A stretch of 64,000 nucleotides of DNA from Eledone cirrhosa (lineage: Eukaryota): the NCBI GenBank assembly GCA_964016885.1, contig OZ024751.1, positions 51,150,001-51,214,000 on the forward strand. The letters run 5' to 3'. A program made the translations under genes and the position numbers. Below the pieces are notes generated by a model that had not been told where the DNA came from, ran no database searches, and saw only the letters and a list, made by a program, of their open reading frames with translations. Of the stretch, positions 12,493 through 25,934 are shown piece after piece; position 1 is the first letter of the stretch, and every line of letters begins with the position of its first letter.

Positions 12493-12930
12493 TCATATTT
12501 AACTGAGTAAACCTATGATAATAGAAGCGCTCCATCATCATTACTACATTCCAATGTTTTGGTTTATGGAATTTGACTGCTATTTCTAGCAAGTTCACAT
12601 CGAGACTTCTTTGTTTGCAAAACATTGATGAATATTATTTTTTCTTCACCACATATATATATTTCTAATTAGCTTCTTAATCCTTCCTGCATTAAATATG
12701 GGAACACTAATTTAACTATTGTGTTTCCATGTAGATGGTGAGCCTAAGTAATGGGTACTGCACTCCCTAATATATGCTAATTCTCTATACCAACTCCACT
12801 TAAGCATACTTGAATTTCTTTCATCGGGCACGACCGTGACCCCTGGCGTCACACAGTAATACAGAGTACCCGACCTCCCACGGGTACAAGCCGAAGCTGA
12901 AGCATATAGACAATATGCCCCACACCCTTC

Positions 12931-13199
12931 CACAGTAAAGTGGTTGTGTAGGCGCCACGGCAAAAACGCACCCAGCCCACACTGTAAAGTGGACGTGTAG
13001 GCGCCACGGCAAAAAAGCACCCAGCACTCACTGTAAAAGAGGTTGGTGTTAGGAAGGGCATCCAGCTGTAGAAATCAAGCCAGAATCAGTTCCTGTTTGA
13101 GCAAGGCATGGTCAGCCGACCAGAAACTGCCCACAACAGGACAACCCGTCTAACCCATGTTAGCGTGGAAGAACGGACATAAAACGGTGATGATGATGT
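12931..13199 (+). mobile_element. SINE family B, 3' part, ending in (TGA)n
   Basis: AAAAAGCACCCAGCACTCACTGTAAA..GGTTGGTGTTAGGAAGGGCATCCAGCTGTAGAAATC also occurs at 53136-53300 and 53590-53955. Tail GGACATAAAACGGTGATGATGATG. Confidence 0.75.
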
Positions 13200-13388
13200 C
13201 TTACAAGAAATAACTGCCAAGTTTCCCTTAAATCGAAACTCTTCTTCTTCTTCTTGGGAGAGTGATGGGGGCAGTGTCCTGAAGCACACCTTCCAGGGGA
13301 TCCAGTGGGATCTCCAAGCAAGACCAACCAAGCCTGTAGATGTTATTCAGCCATCTTGCTCGGGAGTCTACCCCTTGGTTTCCTGCCA

Positions 13389-13979
13389 GTGGTAGTGGTG
13401 GCAATGGTGGTGATGGTTGTAGCCATGGTGGTGGTAATGGTGGTGGTGGCAGTGGTGGTGATGGTAGTGGCCATGGTGGTGGTGATGGTGGTGGTGATGA
13501 TGGTAGTGGTGGCAGTGGTGGTGATGGTTGTAGCCATGGTGGTGGTGGTGGTGGTGGTGGTGATGGTGGTGATGGTTGTAGCCATGGTGGTGGTAATGGT
13601 GGTGGTGGTGGCAGTGGTGGTGATGGTAGTGGTGGCAGTGGTGGTGATGGTTGTAGCCACGGTGGTGATGACAGCGGTGGTGATGACAGTGGTGGTGATG
13701 GTAGTGGCCATGGTGGTGATGGTGGTGGCCAAAGTGGTGGTGGCCAAAGTGGTGGTAATGGTGGTGGTGGAGGTGGAGGTGGAGGTGGAGGTGGAGGTGG
13801 TTGTGGTGGTGGTAATGGTGGTGGTGGTGGTGATGGCAGTGGTGGCCATGGCAGAGGAGGAGGTGGTGACTGTGGTGGTTGTGGCTATGATGGTGGTGGT
13901 GGTGGTGGTGGTGGTAGCGGTAGCAGTGGTAGAGGTGATAGAGGTGGTGGTAGAGGTGGTGGAAGTGGCAGTGTGGTGA
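13389..13979. repeat. Degenerate (GGT)n tract with higher-order repeated blocks
   Basis: Direct reading. It explains the Gly-, Val- and Thr-rich ORFs in three frames. Confidence 0.9.
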
Positions 13980-14092
13980 AGTAGCATAAAATCTAGATTA
14001 TTGACAAGAAAGATGATAATATTATATTTCTTTGCAGTTAATAACTTGTTCATTTAAAGATCGTTTTGCCAGGAATATATAATATCTGGATT

Positions 14093-14414
14093 TCTGGGTA
14101 AATAATTGTTTCTACTTTAGGCACAAGGCCAGCAATTACCCCAGTGCATTACTGGTACTTTATTTTATCGACCCCTTACGTAGAAACAATTATTTACCCA
14201 GAAATCCAGATATTATATATTCCTGGCAAAACGATCTTTAAATGAACAAGTTATTAACTGCAAAGAAATATAATATTATCATCTTTCTTGTCAATAATCT
14301 AGATTTTATGCTACTTCACCACACTGCCACTTCCACCACCTCTACCACCACCTCTATCACCTCTACCACTGCTACCGCTACCACCACCACCACCTCTACC
14401 TCTGGGTAAATAAT
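14093..14414 (-). mobile_element. 5'-truncated SINE family A insertion with 14-bp TSD and a 215-bp inverted copy of flanking DNA
   Basis: TCTGGGTAAATAAT at 14093-14106 and 14401-14414. SINE 3' end at ~14107-14175. 14180-14394 is the reverse complement of 13901-14115. Confidence 0.88.
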
Positions 14415-14644
14415 GGAGAAAATTTAGATTTTGACAACATTCATCGATTATACACAGAAACATAGAGACATATATACACATGCTCACTGATATATTTTTA
14501 TTTATAGATCTATATAGATCTATATTCCTACACTCATATATAAACATACATACATGTAAATAAGAATATGATATATATATATAAAATAAATTAAAATAAA
14601 ATAAAATAAATAAGTCAAATGTTTAAAATTTGGCTTTGTTTATT

Positions 14645-14699
14645 ACTGCTATATATATTTCGGTGACAGCCATCTTTGGCTGTGACCTCTTCAGGCAGT
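14645..14699 (-). ncRNA. Minimal type I hammerhead ribozyme motif, canonical core
   Basis: Minus strand: ACUGC | CUGAAGA | GGUCACAGCCA-AAGA-UGGCUGUCACC | GAAA | U-AUAU-A | UA^ | GCAGU. Stem I 5 bp, stem II 10 of 11 bp, short stem III with palindromic loop. Confidence 0.85.
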
Positions 14700-15298
14700 T
14701 TGAATTAGTGTGGTAGAGACGAGTACACATGTTGTTGAGGTGTATAACTTTGTCAATACTCCGATATGCCCAGTTCCTGGTTGGGTTGTTATTTCACTGA
14801 GGAACTGGCATACAACCAACATATACTCAAAATTTATATATATATATATATAAATGATGATCATGATGATATATATGTATATACATATATACACACACAT
14901 ATATATAAATATATAAATGATGATGATGATATATATATATATAATCATCATCATCATTTAATGATCATTAAATGATGATGATGATGATGAGGATGATATA
15001 TATATATATATGAAATTTATAAAAGTACATTTAGATTTAAACTAGAACCAGAAACAGAAAAAGAAAGAAAGAAGAAACTAATTAGAAAGCAACAACAACA
15101 CTACCACAGCCACCACTACCACCATCACCATCACCAACAATAAAAAAAAAAAAATCATTATATAAAAAGTATAAAATAAATACAAATATGATAGCAAAGT
15201 ATTTTAAATCATCTTCTCTAAAATAATATTCTATGTAGTATAACAAAAAAAATATTAAAATACTAAAATTTCCATATTAAAATTTTGTTTATTATATC

Positions 15299-15343
<45 letters not shown>

Positions 15344-15396
15344 TGTGTGTGTGTGTGTGTCTGTGTGTGTGTGTGTGGTGTATGTATATGTATATG

Positions 15397-15512
<116 letters not shown>

Positions 15513-16044
15513 GGTGAAAGTGATTTCTTAAAATGTTTTTTAATTTTTCAATATTACTTTTAAAGTTTCGTATATATATATTTTTTGTTGACATTTTTTC
15601 ATTTTTCTTTTCGGCTTTAAAACAAAACTATTTTTGTTCGAGACATCACCTTAAAATATGAAATACAGAATTGTTTAGTATGAAAATAAATTAAATTTTC
15701 TTATGTCTTTCTAAGCTTTTATTTTATTCTATATTGAACTTTACATGTATTTACTGTTTGCGATTCAGATCTGTTAATATACACTTCATATAATTATTGC
15801 TGAGTGAGTAAAGCTTCATTAGGGATATATCTTGCATCTAAAGTAGAAATTATTACTTATCTGGTGTTTTGAACACAAATTTACAAAGATTCTTACATAA
15901 AATTATGTTGAAAGTTTTTTTAAACATTTCAAAACAAACCATTTTCGTAGTGTAGAACAAAGGGGTGTTTCAAGAGGTTTGGTATCAAAAGGATTAATGA
16001 TATTTTTCCTGCTAAAGAAGGGTTAGCCTTCTGTGCCCTATTAT

Positions 16045-16270
16045 TATCATCATCGTTATCATCATTTTTATGTCTCCTTTTCATTGCTTGCATGGGTTGG
16101 ATGGCTTCTTTCAGCACAGCATCTCTACACCCATCATGTTCCTTCATCATCTCTTCTGGGAGTTTCAGCAATTTGAGATCAGCTCTCACCACCTCTGCCT
16201 TGGTCTTCCTTGGTCTACCTTTACTGCGGTTTCCTTCTATTAGGATTTCCTGGCACTTCTTCACCCAGTA
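16045..16270 (-). mobile_element. RTE-clade LINE 3' terminal fragment
   Basis: Translates as EGNRSKGRPRKTKAEVVRADLKLL..MMKEHDGCRDAV (RTE C-terminal GxRxRGRP..W..V..DL....DR..WR pattern), followed by AACCCATGCAAGC..GACATAAAAATGATGAT tail. Confidence 0.75.
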
Positions 16271-17004
16271 ATCATGGGCGTTTTGAATCAGTGTTTTATA
16301 GCCAGATTCCCTGGTACCAATCCTTTTAGGGATATAGTGTATCTATTCTTAACTGGATATACACAGATATGGTAGTTTATATACACTCTGACCCGATGTG
16401 ACCATTTATCTCACAGTAAAGTGACAAATTGGCAGAGTTATCAGAACAGTGACTAAAATGTCTCACACTAGTCATTCCAGCTCTTTATTGGAGTCAGCAT
16501 TGCCTTTCATCCTTTTGGTGTCCATAATAAAGTAGCTGTCCAGGGTGTTAAATTGTTGGAATCTTTAGAGCATCAGTCATAATGCATTATAGTATCTCTT
16601 TCAGCCTATTGTATTCCGAGTTCACCTGTGATGTGATTGGTACCAAGCTGTATTAGTCTTTGCTTTCCCTTTGGCGATGTCGATGGCATGGTGAGGGCAA
16701 ACTTGCATGTGTAGGTAACTGCTAGTCTTTCACAAAAAAATTGTTCAGAAACAGCTCAGAAATGAACATTCCAGGTTTAGTTTCATGATCTTGTGAAATA
16801 TATGGAGAACATTGATATAGGAATTCCCCAAAACAAAGTTCATAGCTGGTATATCTTTTGTTCAGAGTTGACTTGGGGCTAAACAACAACAACAACAACA
16901 TATTAAAAAATACAAGTCAAAATCTTTCAATTTTAATTTTGTTTTATTTCTCAAATAATATCAAAGGGAAATTTATACAATATTGAAGCTTTTTAACAAT
17001 GGTC

Positions 17005-17047
<43 letters not shown>

Positions 17048-17204
17048 TAATAATAATAATTTGATAATAATTTAATAATAATTATAATATTAATAATCAT
17101 AATAACAACAACAATAATTATAATAATAATAATATAAATACTAATAACAATAACAATAATAACCATAACCATAACAATAATAATAATTTAACCTTTTTCT
17201 GATA

Positions 17205-17257
<53 letters not shown>

Positions 17258-17816
17258 TAATAATGATAATAATAATAATAAAAACAACAACAATAACTTC
17301 AATAATTGAAATTGATAGTAATTGAAATAATGATTTTAATAGTTTTGATGATTACTCAGATATGTATGAATCTTTGAATATATAGGGGAAGTATATAGGA
17401 GGTTGTAGCATTCAATCTTTTCTGAGAAGGGCATTAATGATGTGATCTGTATCCTGCTGAATATTTGACTTAATTTACCAATCATCATTATCATAATTAT
17501 TGATTAAATCTCTAAATCTCTGATGATGAGTTTTATGTTAAATACAATTAAAAATGTTCAGATTATTATCAGTGGAGTTGTAGTATCTGTTCAGATTGGT
17601 TAAGTTCTGAGTTTAAATCCCAATGAGGTCAACTTTGTCTTTCATCCTTCCAGGGGTTGATAAAATAAAGTATGATTATGAGACAAGTACTTGGGTCGAT
17701 ATAATCAGTTGTCTCTTTTCCTCCTCACAACCGAAGTCTTGTGCCTTTGTATGAAATCAATATTTAAAGCTTCGCTAAGTTTTCATTTCTGATTTTATTA
17801 CTGGGTATTTTATTCC

Positions 17817-17880
<64 letters not shown>

Positions 17881-18940
17881 TACATATACATATATATATG
17901 GACCCGTAATTCTTGATGGAGTCATAGGGGTACTTTTGTGACATTGGGCATATATTAAACCTGGTGGATTCCATCCCCTTTTCAGGTTAAGACATGACTG
18001 ATTTCTCCCAGAGAAAGAGAGGGGGAGAGAGAAAAGGGAAGAGAAAGACACAGAGGAAGAATGAAACTCACTACTGGACTGGTACTTTTCTTTTATCAAC
18101 CTGGATATGTAGAATTTACTAAAGCAGGACCATATTTCTAAACTAAATTAACCTAAAAAGGTAACGTTAGTTGTACATGCACCAATGGATTGGTGAGATG
18201 TTATGTACACATCCAGAAATATCTGGCGGCAATCAGAGATCAAATTGATTCAAATATAGCATATATGTAAATATTAAAACCTTTTTCATCTCTAAAACAT
18301 AAGATTACTAATCAGAAAGATTATAGTTGGACATCATTATCATTTTTTAAGAATGATAGATCGGCAGATTGTTAAAGTTTTGGACAAAATTGTAGTATCT
18401 GTTCTGGCTATTAATGTTCTGTTTCAAAAGCCCAGTGAGGCCAGCTTTACCTTTCATTTTTCTAGGGTCAATAAAATAAAGTACTAATGGTATTTTATTA
18501 TTACATTAACCCCAGTACTTTACCAGTGCCTTATTTTATTGATTCTAAAAGAATGAAAGGCAAAGTTGACCTCAACAGGGTTTGAATTCAGAATGTAAAG
18601 AGCTGAAACAAATACTAATTCTCTAATGATTCTTCCAATTCACCATGATGATGATGATGATGCTAATATTGATAATAAGAATGACAATAATAATAATGAT
18701 AATAATAATAATTTGAAAGTGCTCGTTCAAGGCTAGGGAAGCATCTAAATAATGGTGTAGTAGAAGGTGAAGTTTCAAGTTGGATGATTGAAGGAACCTC
18801 AACTTTGATAATGAAGGATAAAATGAAAGGTCCGTTAGTTGGAAATTACAGGCCATTTGCTTGATTGAATTTGCTTTGAAAGCTGTTGACAGGCATCTTT
18901 TCTGCAAAAGTGTCTGATCACCAGCCTCAAATGACACATG

Positions 18941-19170
18941 ATTATAATGATGGTTTCATTTATTGGCCACAAGGGCCGACATATAGGGGACAATACAGTA
19001 AATGGGGGCAGTGGGGGTTTTACACAAAAATCGAGTAAAAAATAGGAAAACAATAACAATAAACAAGAAAAATGCAACAATGAACATTCCCCAATAGGGG
19101 GGGGGGGAGGATAACCACCCAGGTTTGACTTAGGTTCCCCACCAATCCTGAACCACCCGACACATTGAGG
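18941..19170 (-). mobile_element. 5'-truncated 3' UTR of a related Tx1-like LINE
   Basis: Reverse complement shares CCCCCTATTGGGGAAT and CCCTTGTGG..AATAAA.GAAA..ATT with the 3' UTRs at 2100-2349 and 5985-6235. Confidence 0.7.
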
Positions 19171-19344
19171 GTAAAGGACTAGAGATAGAGATCAACTGCA
19201 TGTGGAGGATGACCAGAAACACCATCCCTGTGGTAACAGGAGCACTAGGATTAATACCCAAATCATCAAATCTGCACCTTTGGCACCTTTACCTGCAGAT
19301 TTAGCAGAACATTAGGAGCCAGAATTAAATATCACAACAATAAT

Positions 19345-19980
19345 AATAATGATTTCTAATATAGGCACAAGGCCAGCAATTTTGTTGGTAGGGAAAAAGG
19401 GATTAAATCAATCACAATTTGACCACAATTTTATTTTATTGACCCATGGAAGGATTAAAGGCAAAGTTGACTTCGGCAGGATTTGAACACAAAACATAAA
19501 TGTCTATGACTAAATATTACAAGAACAACAGCAGCAATAGCAACAAGAACAACAAAAATAATAACAATAATAATTATAGTTTGTGATGTAGGCACAAGGC
19601 CAATAAAATTGTGGGGAGGGGAAAGCCGATTAAATTGGCCCCAGTGCATGACTGGTACTTTATTTTATCGACCCCGTAAGGATGAAAGACAAAGCTAACC
19701 TTGGCAGGATTTGACCACAGAAATGTAAAGGGTCGTAACTCTATGCTGTAAAGCAAGTTGTCCGACGCACTACTGATATTGCCGATCCATTGTCCTAATA
19801 ATAACAATTATAATAATTGTAACAATTGTTTCTACATTTGGCTCAAGGCCAGCAATTTTGGGTTGAAGGGGAAACCCTAGTACTTGATTGATATTCTAAT
19901 AAGTCAACCTCTGGAAAGTGAGAGCCTTTGTTAACCTTAGCGGCAATTCAACCCAAAATATAGTAATAAATAAACAATAC
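19345..19980 (-). mobile_element. Cluster of three SINE family A copies separated by (AAT/AAC)n
   Basis: Repeated GGCACAAGGCCAGCAAT..CTGGTACTTTATTTTATCGACCCCGTAAGGATGAAAG core. Confidence 0.8.
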
Positions 19981-20272
19981 TAAAGATTTTGAAAATCAAC
20001 ATAATGCCAGATATATTGTTTTAGGGGGAGGAGGAGGAGGCGGAGGAGGAGGAGGATGTAGCAGAAACATGGGATCTATTTAAGGAGCCAACAAAGAGGA
20101 AAGGCAAAGTGAATCTTGCATAGAAATAAATGTAACTTTTTTCGGGGGTGGGGGTGGGGGGGGGGACACAGTAGGTAGCTGGTTCAATCCACCCTAGATC
20201 TTACTTCATAACTTCAGGATGGAATGAAATAGCAAGCTGAAATATTCCTGAATATACTACATACAAGTGGTG

Positions 20273-20318
<46 letters not shown>

Positions 20319-20424
20319 CATATATATACAACACATTAATTTTATGTATTTTTCTATATTTATATGCATATATACTTATATACATATCTACAAGTCTATA
20401 TGTCTATATATATATATTATATAT

Positions 20425-20478
<54 letters not shown>

Positions 20479-21554
20479 TACTTCAATTTGACATTATATA
20501 TACAATGGTTCAGCCATCCCCAAAGGAATAGAGATATATACACACAAATACACATGCACACCTGCTAACATACACCCATACACAAGCATACTCATCATCA
20601 TTATCACTATCATCATTATCATCATCATCATTATAATTATCATCAGTGAACGAACCAAGATACTCATTTGAAGAAAAACATGGACATACTCACACGTATC
20701 CATGCTTGCATAATCAAGCATATTCATTCTCATTCTCATTCTCATCATCAGCAACGTGATCATCATCATCATCGTCATTGTAACCATTGACATCATTCTT
20801 AACCATCAAAACACAATGCACAACTTGACCAACATAATATCAGTATTGTTATCAAGATGATGTGCATGCATGCAGTAAATGCACATTTGCAGTCAGTGTG
20901 TACTATGTCCACCACTGACTGGTTTTAAGCTGTGCTAGGATCCTATACAAAGCTGCTGTAGTAAATCATAAGATATAAAGAATTGTCACATACATACACA
21001 CATATACACATGTATATATAGACCAATATATGAACATATTACTATCAGAGCAATAAGGGGATCACACTTCATAAAACCAATAATGTAGTTCAACATTATG
21101 AGAAGAGTAGTTTCATAGTTTACATTTTAAAAGGTACATATCCATACATTCATATATTATATTATATTATATTACATTATATATATATATATATATATAT
21201 AGATATATAGATATATACATACATACACACACACATATATATATACATACATACAAATATATATATTTATGCATATACATAAATACCCAAATGCATACAC
21301 ACATATACACTCAGACATACATATATAGATACATACATATATGCATACATATGTAAATTACATACACAAATAAACACTCTCACATGCTTACACACATATA
21401 CATACGCAATATATTTATGAAATTTGGAAAATGAAAATAAAATTTCAAATTTTTTCAAAATACTGATGAAAATTTTGTCAGGCATACTAGTATTTTCAGC
21501 ATAACTACATTTATATGTTACTAATATACGATATCAAGTATATGTGAGGGTATA

Positions 21555-21641
<87 letters not shown>

Positions 21642-21676
21642 TATATATATATATATATATGTACATATATATACAT

Positions 21677-21707
<31 letters not shown>

Positions 21708-21861
21708 ATCATTATATGTATGCATATATGTATATATATACACAAAACATTAAACTTAAACCCAAATCTCGATTTTGGGGATATAAGTTAGACAAACTAA
21801 AATATCTCAGTTTCTCTCATATACTATCCCCAACACCAGTTTCAGTATATGCATATACATG

Positions 21862-21892
<31 letters not shown>

Positions 21893-24055
21893 GGAGGGAG
21901 AGAGAGATGCATTTATATATCATATACATATACATTTATATAATATATTACATATATAAATATATTATATATGCACACACATATATGTAGATACATATAT
22001 ATGTATATATATGTGCACATATATACATATATACATATATATATATATTAATTCATTTGTTTATTTATATATATATATACGTGCAATCAATAAGTAGATA
22101 TGTATGCAAACAAGATATATGTATGCACCATCTTGTTCTACTTAAATGTTAGTGGACCCAATTATCTGTAAATATATTTATATATATTTACACATGTATA
22201 TAAATAAATATATATATATATATATTATATGATATATATATATATGTATATATATTTATATGTTTGTATATGTGTGTGTATATATTTACATATACATATT
22301 TATATGCATTCATATATATATAGTAAATGTATGTATAAATATGCTACTCCATTGGTATATACATTATTTATAAGTGTATTCACATAATTGTGTTTATATA
22401 TGATATGAGACATACCTAGACATGCTCACCCTGATACAGCCACCCCCACTACACACAAATTCTCTTTTCTGCCACTATATACACTCTTGCATATAATCCC
22501 TATTTACTGGTATATACAAAGTAGAGCTTCAGTATGTAAAGATTTCATTGTTTTCAGAAAATAAAATGGGTCAGGTTCTGCATAATTTTGGAAAAATTTG
22601 AACTGAGAAACAGAAATAAATGGATGAGGGCCACAATCGCCCATTTTGTCCTCCCACAAACACTAATTCTTCATATTTGATAAATATTCATATAACTTCA
22701 TGATAGTAATACTTTCTAACAAAAATGCAAAGCAAAGCACTTTAATGGGCGCATACAGTTAATCAGATCATCCTCAGTAAATTACTGCTACTTTATTTTA
22801 TCAAATACAGAAAGATGGCAGATATAGTCAACCGAGATGAGATTTGAACTGTAAACACAAAGTGACACAACTAAATATCACAAGTCATTATTTTAAGTTC
22901 TGCTGCTTTTTTAATTTTGCCAATCCACTTCAGTTGACAGTATTGTAATAAAACAATGTAATTTATAAGAAGCATTTTGATATATGTGGTTATGATTGTC
23001 TGGAGAATGCCAGTACAATGCAAATTATAAATACAAGAGTGAAAACTAGTGTAAAGTAAAGTAAAAAAAATCAAAACAAATCAGTTTACACTTTTATCTT
23101 ATATTTCATAATATTTCAAGGCTAGGAGTCCCTTTTCACTCTTGTATTCAGATAAATATATTAGAGAAGGTTATTTTGATAAAGAGCCACAACTGAACCA
23201 CATATATGTCTTTTGCTCTAAACATCTTTGGTCTGAAAGCAAACTGGCTGAGCTAGATTGGAGTCGATTTATGTCATGATCTGGAAGCAGATGCATAGCA
23301 AGGGAGAGCAAGATAAGGTAATCACCTTCTAATTGGATGCAGGTATGAAGGGTCACAAAACTTCCTTTAACCTTAAAGTATCTTTTCCCTTACCTCCTAC
23401 CTGCCTCCAGGTACAGAGACCTTTGGGTATGTAATTATGTAAAAGTCATGAGACCAACCAATTTCTCATACCAATTCTCTTAGACCTATCTGACAAATAC
23501 CAGACTAAGCAGTACATTTGTCAATTGATAAATATTTATTTGATCTGCAAGATTGAAGCAAACTTCTCACAAAAAAACTATATATATATATCATCATCAT
23601 CATAATCATCAAAGATCGCTCTGTCTCATCTTAGTGTGGAGAAACGAGAGGTATCCTCAGTAACAGATCATTTTGTTTTGTTACTAGAGCTTTCGATATC
23701 ATTAATAAAGTAGAAAGGAATGCTATATATATTTATATATATCCGGAATAACATATATATATATGTATGTATATATTATATTTAAGAAACTTTAATTTTA
23801 TATTTTATCATTCTAAACTTTTGAGCCAAGAAATATCAATGAAAACTAAAAAAATTACAGAAAAGAAACAAGAAAATTGAATGAGAGCTGAAGCAAAAAC
23901 ACAAACCCTTATTTGATATGGAAACTTGCCAGTAATTTTATCAACTGAATTATATAGACCTCTTTTGAAAATGAAGCCAGCAGATGTTTCTGCACAGAAG
24001 AAGGCAGAACCATATTTACAAAGTGATATAAAAATAATAAGGTTATTATTATCAT

Positions 24056-24111
<56 letters not shown>

Positions 24112-24226
24112 TCATATATTAAATATTAATTCCAGAACACAGTGTATATTTGAAGATTTTAAGGTAAAGTTAAAGTAGATATATCTATGGGTTTTTGTTT
24201 TCTATTCAGAAGCCTTCACCACAAAT

Positions 24227-24303
<77 letters not shown>

Positions 24304-24519
24304 CATATATGTGTGTGTGTGAAGTTCAAACAAACACTTTCAACTATTCGACCAAGCAAAGAGAATCATCTTTCATGTTTTACTGTGTTTGGAGAAATAA
24401 GTCAGTGTTTAAACTTCACAATTCATTCTTTTCACGGCAAAGACTTCTCTTTGAAAAAAAGATGTAGTTATATCTACCTTAAGTTTACCATAAACTTATT
24501 TTTAGTTTTTGTTGTAACC

Positions 24520-24646
24520 TATTTTGCACACAAAAACTGTCGTCCTGTGCCATCTCTATTGTTTTCTTAATGTCAGCCCTGTGTAGCTAATAAAGAAACT
24601 ATTATTATTATCATCATCATCATCATCAATATTATTATCATCATCA

Positions 24647-24685
<39 letters not shown>
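24520..24685 (+). mobile_element. Tx1-like LINE 3' end fragment with (ATT/ATC)n tail
   Basis: CTTAATGTCAGCCCTGTGTAGCTAATAAAGAAACTATTATT resembles the LINE terminus. Confidence 0.6.
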
Positions 24686-24686
<1 letters not shown>

Positions 24687-25934
24687 TCCAATTTGTTGGA
24701 GAAGAAGGTTAGGGTGGAAATGGAGGAGCTACCATACAAGGAAATTTCTGAACTTAGGATGAAATGTGGATAAAAGTGGTAAAAATGGCTTGCCCTTGAA
24801 TATGCCTAGTCATATCGGTTCTCTGAACCTATCTGAGTTCTTTGGCTGAGAGAGGCCATTCGTGGGCTTCCTTGATATTAGGATATCTCGTTTTATCTCT
24901 TTTGTGTATTTTTCTTTCCCATAGCTGTTCTTTTTTTTTTTAGTTTTGCTTTTTCATAATCAATTCTGGCTAAATTCCCACCAATTTTGAAATTTGTTCC
25001 CTTATCTGTCACCTTTGTGGCAAATTAAGAAATTATTGTTATTACTATTATTATTATTATGTAAAATTTTGTAAAATATATCTGAATATCAATCAACAAT
25101 TAATGTCAATCAACAATTAATACCACATACATAATTAATACTACATACATATACTAGAGATCAAGTTAACACACTAGTAATAGTTTATATTATCAAGAAA
25201 AAAAAATGAAATACAGAAAATTATTTTTTTTCAAATTACAGAATTTATGAAAAATCAAATGTTTCAGAGCTAAGAAGAATATTTGCATATTTTAGAAAGT
25301 CTGGCCAAATAATTAAAAAATGAATGCTCTTAATAAATGATCAAATAGATGGCAGCAAGAGAAATATCCAATTACGAAAAATACAATTGGTAAAATGGGT
25401 GTTAATATGAAAAAACCCTGATATTTGATATATAAGACAATTATATTCAACAATTTAGTATAGAAAGATATACAACAATTTACTATAGAAAGATAGGGAA
25501 TAGAAATTAGTTAGTTAAAGCCTTGTTGTGGCAGGAATTGCATTAGAAATATGTTGTAATTGTTTTAGTTTAGCCCTGGTCAGTCCTGACTCAGCAGACC
25601 TATGATTACTGATGTTCTTGTCTTAACCATTTCATCTCTTTTGTATGTATATCAGGGGATAAATTGTCCAATGCATTCTTCTTTATATAAGAAGAGAGAA
25701 CGGGATTTGATGGAAATTTGGCTGCTATTTCCGGCAGTTAGGTCAAAACATGTTGCTGTTGTTATTGCTGTTGTTGATTAGTCCCCAGATCAGCCCTTAT
25801 TTAGTAGACCTATGATTAAAAGTGTTCCCGCTGCAACCATCCCATCTTTTTGTATATAAGTAGCTATGAGGAAGATTTAGCTGCTATTTCTACCATGTTT
25901 TGTGAATGTGTAGAGGCTCTTTCACTGTGTGGCA

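Noticed and set aside
17895-17950. Hammerhead-like UUGAUGGA plus GUCAUAGGG/UUUUGUGAC stem beside (TA)n
   Set aside because: No GAAA box or stem I follows; cannot be supported.
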